A model generated the notes under the pieces. That model made no database searches and was not told the origin of the DNA. It saw only the letters and a list, made by a program, of their open reading frames with translations. Shown here piece by piece: positions 18,288 through 26,743 of a stretch of DNA of 35,250 nt (position 1 is its first letter; each line of letters opens with the position of its first letter). This DNA comes from Bacteroidota bacterium (GTDB lineage: Bacteria > Bacteroidota > Ignavibacteria > Ignavibacteriales > Ignavibacteriaceae): positions 1 through 35,250 of the forward strand of contig JAEXTR010000343.1 of assembly GCA_023406915.1 (NCBI GenBank), given 5' to 3'. Made by a program: the position numbers and the translations under genes.

Positions 18288-19037
18288 TTATGTCCTGTAC
18301 TTATATGCAATAACTTTTACAAAAAAGTGTGGAATACCAAGCAGGTACCGTTTCCATAGGCGTTTCGGGTCAATCCATAGCCGGTGTAACCATTCAATCC
18401 CAAACCGCTGCATCCAGATTGGGGCACGTGGCTTGAAATCTGTGAGGAATTCAAAAAAGCTGCCCACTGTGAGAGTGATCTTTGCATGTACTAATGATCT
18501 GTATTGGTGGTTAATCAGTTCCTGGGTGGGCGTCCCCAACCCTAGCATGAGAACACTTGCATTACTTTTATTAATTTGGGTTAGTATGTCTGGGGAAGGG
18601 GTATTGTCCCGGTCGAGGAATCCGGCTACTCTAAGATTTGGGAATTTTTTTGATAAAACTCCCGGCAAGAGTTGTATCGCCTTTGGGTCTCCGCCCCAAA
18701 AAAAGACTGAGTACCCCAGTTCTTCACACAAGGCAAGTACCTTATAGTTCAAGTCTGTGGCGTTTATGAAGTGACGAAAACCATGTCTGCCATAAAGCAT
18801 TTTTGATGCAAGGTACATTCCAATTCCATCTTCGTACCTGACATCTGAATCCAGAATCACTTGTTTCAAGCGTATATTTCTCTGCACTTCCATCAACAGA
18901 TAACTATTGATATATTGCACAGAAACCGGAGTGTCCGATTGAAGGCTTGTAGCGATTAAAGAAAGTATGTCATGATATCCAGCATCGATTACTGGGATAC
19001 CCATTAAATCCAGTTCAGAGAAATCAGAGATACTCAA
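18288..19037 (-). CDS. WecB/TagA/CpsF-family (GT26) glycosyltransferase
   Basis: YEDGIGMY, MLGLGTPTQE and PIWMQRFGIEWLHRLWIDPKRLWKRYL are family hallmarks. The longest start, TTG 19037, is 4 nt after the upstream stop; an alternative ATG lies at 19004. Confidence 0.85.
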   Translation of the reverse strand: MSISDFSELDLMGIPVIDAGYHDILSLIATSLQSDTPVSVQYINSYLLMEVQRNIRLKQVILDSDVRYEDGIGMYLASKMLYGRHGFRHFINATDLNYKVLALCEELGYSVFFWGGDPKAIQLLPGVLSKKFPNLRVAGFLDRDNTPSPDILTQINKSNASVLMLGLGTPTQELINHQYRSLVHAKITLTVGSFFEFLTDFKPRAPIWMQRFGIEWLHRLWIDPKRLWKRYLLGIPHFFVKVIAYKYRT

Positions 19038-19041
19038 AGAA

Positions 19042-22000
19042 CTATTTCACCACCGCTATCTTCTGAGTAACTATTTCATTCTTGTCGTCAGCCTTCATTA
19101 TGAATCTGGCAAAATAAACACCGTTTGCTATTGAGTCACCGTCTTGGTCTTTTCCATCCCAATAGATTCTGTTAAAGTCGTGCCTCAGATCAGTTTTTGG
19201 AATACTGATTTCTCTGATGAGTCTGCCGGCAATCGTATAGATTTTGATGAAAAATTCTTTGGGAATGGTGGTTAGTTTGAACGTGAAATATGTCTCATCT
19301 TTCATCGGGTTTGGATAATTATAGACATACGTCAGAGATGACTGAGATTCTACCGTAAATATCTTTTTAACACCAGATGTATCAGTAAATGAACCCGATG
19401 GATTCGTATACTGCACTTTTAATTGATACTTACCATCCTCTAACTCTGGTTTATACTGCACTTTTATTTTGGGATTGGCAGTATTAAATGAAGTAGTTAT
19501 CGAAGGATCATTGTGATAAATACGCGTATTATTCAGGAATATCTGAACAAGACCTGTATCAGCAGCTGTTAGTGCAGACGGATCATTATACACGACATCA
19601 ATAGTTGGTTTCGAAGAAACAAAATCACCGTCAAGGATATCAATATCATCAAAGGTAACGAATACTGAAGGGCGTGAAGTGTCTTGTGTGATCTTCAGTT
19701 CTCTACTGAAGGAATTATTATCTTCGTAGAGCTCTGAAACAGCATTTTGCGGATCGATTGTTACCACAAAAGTCATCTTATTTTGCTGTCCCACAGCTGT
19801 ATAGGTATGTGCAAACCGTTTCTTTGAGTTCTTCCCTAATGTATCAACCTGATAAGTAGCCAGTGTTGTCCGGGCATTATTTGGGTCAACGCCTTCTAAC
19901 ACCACCTGGAACTGCTTTGCCACAGAGAATCCGACATTATACACATCAAACATTACATCCACAGTCTCACCTTGCATAACCGAGTCCCTTGAGAGTGACA
20001 TTACCTGATAGTTAATTGCTAACTCAGGTAAGCCGTCAAAGTCAACAGCAGCCACTGCAAGAACTGGAGACTGCTTGAGATTGTTTGCATAGAAATTTGG
20101 CTGCAATCTGATGAATGGGTATTGCGTCGGATTAATTGAGGTCAACGAGAGTGCAGTATCAGCTGAAGTATGCTTCAGCAGCAATGCCTCACTTCCATCA
20201 TTCTTAATACCATACACATCGGTGATCAGTTTTGTGCCTGCGGGTAACTGACGTTTTATCGCCATTTCTCCCCAACGTGATGCCGGCCCGATTCTGGGGA
20301 ATTCTATGTGGCCGGAATCGGCGGGTATAGTTATTATCTTTTCTACTGTTGCTGGACCTGAAAAAAATATGTTTCGTTTTTCTGGAACTGAACCCATTGG
20401 GGCACCCTTTTTACCTAGCATACACCAGGATTCACGGTACTTGATTGAATCAGCATACAAGCTACCCATCTTTTCTAACGCTTTTCTTGCAATGGTTCCA
20501 GATACGAAACCAAGAACTGACTGCGCACCATCATCACAAATGGCAAATGCAACCACAGTGCCGTTTGGAAGAGAATCTATAAAACTATTTAATGCTGGTC
20601 CAGCTGTCGATGCTGGATAGAGGAAGTACCGGATTGAAGTGGGTTCAAGAGTTACCGTGTCTAAAACAGCCGCTGCCATACCCCAAAAGTATGTATTGGG
20701 TAATGTCTCTCTGTTATCAATGAGTAAAGAGACAAATGAGCCTTCGTACCAGCCTGCTGAAACCAGATTCAATTTGCGGGCTCTATCCGATAAACTCCAT
20801 AGCGACAATGAGGAATCATATCCAATATTAGTGCTTCCATAACCTTTTGCAGCATTCGAAGGCACATCGGCATACCACGTATATGGCACAGACTTATTAA
20901 GAAAGGACACAGACTCTGACCATTCCACTGATGGAATGTCTGGTTTTGTTTGCAGCCATAGTCTCTTATTAAGACTACCAGATGGGAAAGATATCCTCGT
21001 TGCCAACGAATCGTAGCTAATGACGGTTTCTGTACTATTCGAGAAAACAGCGGTAGTGTCAAGACGATATCGCATTTTCTGAATAGCGTTTGGCAGAAGA
21101 GATGTAGGATTAAGTACTGTAACATCATTTATAAGTGTCGAGTAATACGAATCCTGAAGCAAATTTCTTGTGCTAATTGAGTATACCGTATAGGTTATTG
21201 CAGTTTGATTATCACTTTTTGAATACTCATCTACAAGATTATCCGGGTCTATTACAATTCTCAGTTCATTCTGTCCAGGATACCCTTTTGCCGGAACCTG
21301 CAATCGCAAGGTGTCCTCAAGAGGTGGCGAAGCGATTTTTATATAATCGGTCGCGAACACAACCCCCTTATTTCGAAACTCAGTTTTCAGCGTGAGTGAG
21401 TCTTGAACTGGTGTACTACCACTGTTTTTTATTACAACTTTAAATAGTACTGAATCATAACTCTCATTAATATCCGTTTCCGGGAGATAAATATCTGATT
21501 CTGTAATTAAATAATTCGCTTTCTGAGGCAATCCTAACTGCACGATTGGATCACCAAACAACAAATTACAGTACAATAGAACTCTATTTACATCATTGAT
21601 GCCACTTTCCTGAAAGTTTTGAATCTTTGCCTCATAATGAGCTTTCCCCACTTCAATTACAGAGTCCTTGATCAATTTACTATAAAACAATCTGGGCATG
21701 CGAAGTGATGTTGAAAGATACCCCCAGCTCGTATTTCCAAGATAAGCTATGGCTTGACCATCTGTGAGATCTCTTACAAATAACTCACCAAAAGCATCAA
21801 TATCCGGTTCTGCAAACTTGCCCGTTGAGCAACCAAAATCCGAAATAAGTGGGTGTCGGTTATTAAACTTGTTCTTTAAATAGGATACTGAGTTAACTCC
21901 ATTATCCCATGTTTGAGTACCACTATGTCCAACATATGAAATATACACTCCCCCTTCTTGAATTGCATTATTTACAACAGCAAGAGAGAAGGGACCAAAA

Positions 22001-24411
22001 TTTGTTAATGGATTAACAGTTTTGTAAAAATGCTGTGCCCTTCCACCCAGGGGCTTCGCCAAATGCACATCTGTCATTACTGATTGATTAGCATTAAAAA
22101 TCTGTTGAAGCTCTCCGGTATTGTTCACATCACCGCCACTAAAAAACAATGCTGTTTTATTCCAAAAGTCCCTTGGTCGGGTTATATATGTCTCATGCTT
22201 TTGCTTGTATCTCAATACTTCTGCATCGGAATTAACCGGTATTCTTCCTACATACAATTGAGGAAAGACTGGGCTCAGATCTTCAAAGACAACAAACCAT
22301 GGATCACTTACAGGGTGCCCATACGTAAAAACATGATTTTGTTTCTTCTGTGCCGGTACAGGTGACCATTGTGATTTGTAATCATAAGTGGCATCACCCA
22401 CAAAAACAACATATGAAGGTTTTGGTGAAGTCCAATTAGAGAAGGCATATCTGATGAAATCCTTAGTGTTGATTGCAGAAGGTTGACCATACCCAAACTC
22501 ATCAATGATATCTTCTATGTACACAACACTGGTTCTGACATTATACCTGGACTTAATAAACTGGATATAGTCAGTCGCAACTGAAGGGAAACTCTTACTC
22601 GTGATGGCGATGTAATCACTTCCAACTGGGTTGCTCCTGATATTAGCAAATCTTTTCGATTGTATTAAAGTAGGTTTTATAATTCGATTGTCACCAACTA
22701 TATAATAGACATCATTCCCTTTTAATGTATCAGTAAATGTCAGCACTCCCTGAGAAATATTTGATGCGGAGATTTTCTTATATCCGTCGGTTACTTTATA
22801 AATAGTATAGGGGGAGTTTGAAACATTATATACCGCAACTACCCTTTCAGCTGCTGACACCGAATCTGGAATCGTAATTCGGATCGAGTCATTTACCATT
22901 TGATTGAATCGGTAGTAATCAACATCAACCCAGTCAAGCAACACCTGATAAAAATTCGCATTTGTCGGAAGACCATGTATCTTTACTGAATTGGTACCAT
23001 TGATTAAAATTGATGACTGCTGTGTGGTTTCAAGATTCACAGTCTGACGGTAATCAAATTTAATGGAATCGAGCACCGCAGAACCATTTACACTTATACC
23101 CATCAAATGTGAGTTAGTATAAACATCCGCAGCATTACTTATCCCCCTTGCTATGAACTTTGCAGATGTACCGGGGACTGGTGAATCAACCAAAAAGGAT
23201 GCAGATGCACTACCATTTTTACCAAAAGCAATCCACGTCCAAACCTTGTGCTCCTGCCACATTGGTAACTGAGTTGTTGCAGCAGTTGCATCATAGTACC
23301 ATAATCGCTGATCCCGCTCTAAATGAACCTTGGCTAAATGACTCTTTACCGTATCCTGCAATGAGGTGTTAAAAACACTCTTATAAAAAACCCGTTTCCC
23401 ATTTTCACCGCCCCAGGTAATCCAGGCAAATGATGTATCTGAGTACAAATCATAATAATTTAAGTAGTCTGACCCTTTGGGCACAATATCCCTATAGTTC
23501 GAAGATCCATAATTTTGTTGAGCAAAAAACTCAAAGTATTCATTTGGATCAAGCACAGCATCTTGATTACCCTGAAAGTGAAGAGGCTTCTCTTTGCCCT
23601 GATGCATGAATCGAATCGAACTTGGGTTTATGCTGCCAATGTCAATTCCATATCCAGACAAATCTTGCCCATAAATTCTATAAACGCCATCCTGTGCGAT
23701 CCCAATTTTCAGATAATCTTTAGAATAATCAATCCAATCTCCTGTTGAGTCCGCTGAAGTAAAAGTGGTTCTGAACTTTTCCGCTTCGCGCCAGTTAAGG
23801 ATAATTCCATCATAGCTAAACTTTTCTTTGGCATCTGACGGCGTTGAGCCACCCAAGAAAGGTGAATCATAATCTAATTTTAATACCCCTCGTGACAACT
23901 CAACTAGCTCTCTCTTTTTCCAATCATACTTATGCGTAGTAATTTTTAGCGCAACAACATAAAACTCTCTTATTCTGTGATATCCCTGCACTTCGATATT
24001 TGGTTTCTCAATTGATAAATCAGCATATAAGTCAGTATTTATCAGTGATGAATATTCATATAATGTTGAGTCTCCCAAATCAATCAGTGTTGGAGAATTT
24101 TTAATAATTACGTTCGAATATCGCTTTTCTTCCAACATTTCAATTCTGGGTGCAACCTTGGAACCAGGAGGAATCGCGATAAATACTATCTTGTGTGGCA
24201 AAACTGGCTTTCCACCTTCTGCCTCATTGTAGTGCTCAAAATAATCAAGTATCAATCCATCAGTGCCCTGAGTAATATTCATGTTTACCTGCGGAACTAC
24301 AAATTCAATTCGCAACCCCGTTTCAGAATCAGTATACTGTGTTATGTCTATCTGGGCATAGTTATTCATGTAAACCAAAACGACCGATATAAGAAAAACG
24401 AGTCTTTTCAT
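19042..24411 (-). CDS. 1,789-aa secreted multidomain protein: PorU/gingipain-type N-terminal region, peptidase C25 domain, CARDB-like, FAM3/ILEI-like, CARDB-like, Ig-like, T9SS sorting domain
   Basis: Signal MKRLVFLISVVLVYMNNYAQ. DYLKIGIAQDGVYRIYGQDLSGYGIDIGSINPSSIRF resembles the PorU/C25 N-terminal region. See the sub-features for the remaining domains. Confidence 0.85.
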   Translation of the reverse strand: MKRLVFLISVVLVYMNNYAQIDITQYTDSETGLRIEFVVPQVNMNITQGTDGLILDYFEHYNEAEGGKPVLPHKIVFIAIPPGSKVAPRIEMLEEKRYSNVIIKNSPTLIDLGDSTLYEYSSLINTDLYADLSIEKPNIEVQGYHRIREFYVVALKITTHKYDWKKRELVELSRGVLKLDYDSPFLGGSTPSDAKEKFSYDGIILNWREAEKFRTTFTSADSTGDWIDYSKDYLKIGIAQDGVYRIYGQDLSGYGIDIGSINPSSIRFMHQGKEKPLHFQGNQDAVLDPNEYFEFFAQQNYGSSNYRDIVPKGSDYLNYYDLYSDTSFAWITWGGENGKRVFYKSVFNTSLQDTVKSHLAKVHLERDQRLWYYDATAATTQLPMWQEHKVWTWIAFGKNGSASASFLVDSPVPGTSAKFIARGISNAADVYTNSHLMGISVNGSAVLDSIKFDYRQTVNLETTQQSSILINGTNSVKIHGLPTNANFYQVLLDWVDVDYYRFNQMVNDSIRITIPDSVSAAERVVAVYNVSNSPYTIYKVTDGYKKISASNISQGVLTFTDTLKGNDVYYIVGDNRIIKPTLIQSKRFANIRSNPVGSDYIAITSKSFPSVATDYIQFIKSRYNVRTSVVYIEDIIDEFGYGQPSAINTKDFIRYAFSNWTSPKPSYVVFVGDATYDYKSQWSPVPAQKKQNHVFTYGHPVSDPWFVVFEDLSPVFPQLYVGRIPVNSDAEVLRYKQKHETYITRPRDFWNKTALFFSGGDVNNTGELQQIFNANQSVMTDVHLAKPLGGRAQHFYKTVNPLTNFGPFSLAVVNNAIQEGGVYISYVGHSGTQTWDNGVNSVSYLKNKFNNRHPLISDFGCSTGKFAEPDIDAFGELFVRDLTDGQAIAYLGNTSWGYLSTSLRMPRLFYSKLIKDSVIEVGKAHYEAKIQNFQESGINDVNRVLLYCNLLFGDPIVQLGLPQKANYLITESDIYLPETDINESYDSVLFKVVIKNSGSTPVQDSLTLKTEFRNKGVVFATDYIKIASPPLEDTLRLQVPAKGYPGQNELRIVIDPDNLVDEYSKSDNQTAITYTVYSISTRNLLQDSYYSTLINDVTVLNPTSLLPNAIQKMRYRLDTTAVFSNSTETVISYDSLATRISFPSGSLNKRLWLQTKPDIPSVEWSESVSFLNKSVPYTWYADVPSNAAKGYGSTNIGYDSSLSLWSLSDRARKLNLVSAGWYEGSFVSLLIDNRETLPNTYFWGMAAAVLDTVTLEPTSIRYFLYPASTAGPALNSFIDSLPNGTVVAFAICDDGAQSVLGFVSGTIARKALEKMGSLYADSIKYRESWCMLGKKGAPMGSVPEKRNIFFSGPATVEKIITIPADSGHIEFPRIGPASRWGEMAIKRQLPAGTKLITDVYGIKNDGSEALLLKHTSADTALSLTSINPTQYPFIRLQPNFYANNLKQSPVLAVAAVDFDGLPELAINYQVMSLSRDSVMQGETVDVMFDVYNVGFSVAKQFQVVLEGVDPNNARTTLATYQVDTLGKNSKKRFAHTYTAVGQQNKMTFVVTIDPQNAVSELYEDNNSFSRELKITQDTSRPSVFVTFDDIDILDGDFVSSKPTIDVVYNDPSALTAADTGLVQIFLNNTRIYHNDPSITTSFNTANPKIKVQYKPELEDGKYQLKVQYTNPSGSFTDTSGVKKIFTVESQSSLTYVYNYPNPMKDETYFTFKLTTIPKEFFIKIYTIAGRLIREISIPKTDLRHDFNRIYWDGKDQDGDSIANGVYFARFIMKADDKNEIVTQKIAVVK
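19045..19329 (-). other. T9SS type-A / FlgD-Ig-like C-terminal sorting domain
   Basis: YNYPNPMKDETYFTFKL...FFIKIYTIAGRLIREI...IYWDGKDQDGDSIANGVYFARFIM. Confidence 0.8.
19687..20019 (-). other. CARDB-like domain 2
   Basis: GETVDVMFDVYNVGFSVAKQFQVVLEGV...MTFVVTIDPQNAVSELYEDNNSFS. Confidence 0.55.
20377..20769 (-). other. FAM3/PANDER/ILEI-like domain (aa about 1215-1345)
   Basis: GMAAAVLDTVTLEPTSIRYF...ALNSFIDSLPNGTVVAFAICDDGAQSV...ARKALEKMGSLYADSIKYRESWCMLGKKGAPMG aligns by eye with FAM3 GLNIALVNG...FD...LLKFIRPLHEGTLVFVASYDD...TRKLFSELGSRNAKELAFRDSWVFVGAKG. Confidence 0.6.
21178..21474 (-). other. CARDB-like domain 1
   Basis: SVLFKVVIKNSGSTPVQDSLTLKTEF...NELRIVIDPDNLVDEYSKSDNQ. Confidence 0.55.
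21532..22629 (-). other. Peptidase C25 catalytic region with an intact His/Cys dyad
   Basis: DYIAITS...YVVFVGDATYDYK...LYVGRIPV. His829 is in YISYVGHSGTQTW (codon 21927-21925). Cys861 is in LISDFGCSTGKF (codon 21831-21829). Confidence 0.75.
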
Positions 24412-24519
24412 AGCAAAACTTTCGCTGCAATTGATTGATGTATAGTTCTTATGAGGAGCTCTTTTATAATATTGAGAGCTGAGAAACTCCGTGCACTGAT
24501 TCTGCGTTGTTGCGGAGTT

Positions 24520-25647
24520 TTATCTATCATACAGATAGAGCTTTTTCATCATCTTGATAAAATTAAAACGTGGATTATTTTCAACAAAGTAATTGTAGGC
24601 TTCTTTTCCCATTTTAAGCCTTACATCCTCTTGCGATATAAGAATGTTTAGGTAGTTAATTCCTTCCATAATATTGTCTCTATTAAAGACGAATCCCCCC
24701 TGACTTGACATAAGCACCTCTTCAATTCCACTGACCTTTGTTGCAACTATCGGTTTGCCAGCTGCCATTACCTCCCAGAGCACTAATGGGAAGCCCTCAT
24801 AATCAGAGGTTAAAATGAAAGCATCAATATACTGAAATATTCTGCGTACATCCTGACGGTATCCTAAAAACCATACATCCTGATATTCTGAGTATGCTTC
24901 CTTGTAATAATTCAGATACTCCCCCTCACCAATGACTAACAAGATGGTACTTGAAGATTTTCTAACGCTCTTATACATTTCAAGACATCGATCGACTCGT
25001 TTTTGTGGTAAGATCCTTCCTGTGAAACAAAGAACAACAACCCCATCATCCTTCATTCTTTGTATTCTTGAGTATATCTCATCATCATTATCATTTGAAC
25101 TATCCTGATGAATACTTTCTGCACCAGGACTTCCAACAACAACGTCAGAAAAGTATGGCATTTCGGACTGCAGATAGATTTTATTGGGATCTGAAGGAGC
25201 AATTGCAGTAATCTTATTAAGCTTAAGGAGCAATATTAGTAATGCTCTTAATACCATCTGCCAGGAAGACGCATAATACTCAGATTTTATTAGTTGACCA
25301 TGGAAGTGAAATATTAGCTTCTTTTTGAGAAATACATTGGTAATCAGACTTATAAGAAGTGGTTTCAGAGCATGTGTATGGACAACATCTGCGTTACTAC
25401 TTCTTATGACATTCATATAATTTAGAATTGCCTTCAGTGGTACTTTTTTTCGCATCCCTTTTACAGGTTTACCGATGTATCCATTCTTCTCGATAGCAAC
25501 TGAAACCTCTGATTCCTCTTCGTATAGAATAATATGATGAAAAGTACCATCATTTGTCTCGTCAATAATTGCTCTTATTGTATTAAATATACCATCTGAG
25601 CGGCCTGTCAGGTCTTTGGTAAAATGAACTATAACTTTTTTATTCAC
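24520..25647 (-). CDS. GT4-family glycosyltransferase
   Basis: ILTSDYEGFPLVLWEVMAAGKPIVATKVSGIEEVL (E-x7-E region); 375 aa. Confidence 0.8.
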   Translation of the reverse strand: MNKKVIVHFTKDLTGRSDGIFNTIRAIIDETNDGTFHHIILYEEESEVSVAIEKNGYIGKPVKGMRKKVPLKAILNYMNVIRSSNADVVHTHALKPLLISLITNVFLKKKLIFHFHGQLIKSEYYASSWQMVLRALLILLLKLNKITAIAPSDPNKIYLQSEMPYFSDVVVGSPGAESIHQDSSNDNDDEIYSRIQRMKDDGVVVLCFTGRILPQKRVDRCLEMYKSVRKSSSTILLVIGEGEYLNYYKEAYSEYQDVWFLGYRQDVRRIFQYIDAFILTSDYEGFPLVLWEVMAAGKPIVATKVSGIEEVLMSSQGGFVFNRDNIMEGINYLNILISQEDVRLKMGKEAYNYFVENNPRFNFIKMMKKLYLYDR

Positions 25648-25696
25648 TTATAAGCCACTTTATGAATTATGGTCATCTATACTGCCTGTATTTAAC

Positions 25697-26743
25697 TCAA
25701 CTATTGAGCATTGAAGAATATAAGAACTCATACTCTTTCACCATCCGATCAATCGAGTATAGCACCTCAGCTTTCTTCAGACGATCATCCTGGTACTGGT
25801 AATGCTTTGCAATTTCAGTATGAAGTACATACATTTTTTCTGCAAGAGCATGTTCATTTCCAGAATCAAATGAAATCCATGAACCTAATGGCTCACCTAT
25901 TTCTTTCAACGCTGGGACATCCGAAGTGATCACGGGTATTGATGCGGCTACACCTTCAATTGCACTTAAGCCGAAAGCTTCATCACGTGATGGTTGAACT
26001 AGTATGTCATACTTATAGAGCTTCTTATAAATATCGTTTCTTCTATGGAGACCTAAGAATGTTACTCTTTCGGCAATGCTTAACTCACTACTTAATTCAT
26101 TTAAATACTGTAACGATTTACCAACACCTATAAAATCAACTGAAATCAATAGCCCATACCTCTTTTCAAGAACCTTAATAGCTCTGAGAAGAATATCCTG
26201 ACCCTTTTTCACATGATCAAGCCTTCCGACTTGGACGACTTTATTTATTTCGCTCTTTTTTTCGCAAGGTGACTTCACAACTTTACTAAAATCAATTCCG
26301 TTCAGAATAACTCTACAATTTTTGACGCCAGACTTTTTTACTTCTTGCATTAGACTGTGCGAAACAGCCACAACTGAACCGTATTTTGTTATTAAATCAT
26401 TGCATTCATTAAAGCCATGAATTGTTAGAACTGTTCGTCTCTTTTGAACTAGAGGTAAGAAACGTATAATTGTTGTATCATGGCAATGGATAATATCCGG
26501 CTTAAGGTAATTAAGAATGAAATTCAATTTGATAAATGGGAGTAAATTTTTTGATCCTGAGGTTCTTTTCAGTAGGTGTACGTTCACACCCGGTTGCAGG
26601 TCGTTTAGCAAATCTTGATCATAGTCATTATCAATAACAATTAAAGATACTGTATTATTGACTGATTGACCATTGATGAGATCAACTACTAAATTCTCTG
26701 CCCCACCACTATTGAGATTAAACCGCAGGTGTACTATTTTCAT
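25697..26743 (-). CDS. GT4-family glycosyltransferase
   Basis: MKIVHLRFNLNSGGAENLV and LVQPSRDEAFGLSAIEGVAASIPVITSDVPALKEI. The start overlaps the Wzx stop by 4 nt. Confidence 0.8.
   Translation of the reverse strand: MKIVHLRFNLNSGGAENLVVDLINGQSVNNTVSLIVIDNDYDQDLLNDLQPGVNVHLLKRTSGSKNLLPFIKLNFILNYLKPDIIHCHDTTIIRFLPLVQKRRTVLTIHGFNECNDLITKYGSVVAVSHSLMQEVKKSGVKNCRVILNGIDFSKVVKSPCEKKSEINKVVQVGRLDHVKKGQDILLRAIKVLEKRYGLLISVDFIGVGKSLQYLNELSSELSIAERVTFLGLHRRNDIYKKLYKYDILVQPSRDEAFGLSAIEGVAASIPVITSDVPALKEIGEPLGSWISFDSGNEHALAEKMYVLHTEIAKHYQYQDDRLKKAEVLYSIDRMVKEYEFLYSSMLNS

Noticed and set aside
20769-21128. Same-strand, alternate-frame ORFs inside the giant C25 gene (also 22308..22505).
   Set aside because: They are embedded in a continuous 1,789-codon frame with domain signatures, and nothing suggests frameshifting or overprinting.
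24457-24520. Two hairpins (AGCTCT-N12-AGAGCT and AAACTCCG-N21-CGGAGTTT) just after the GT4 stop, considered as a terminator ahead of the C25 gene.
   Set aside because: The stems are short, the loops are large, and no T-run follows on the transcribed strand. These are not canonical intrinsic terminators and were not called as features.
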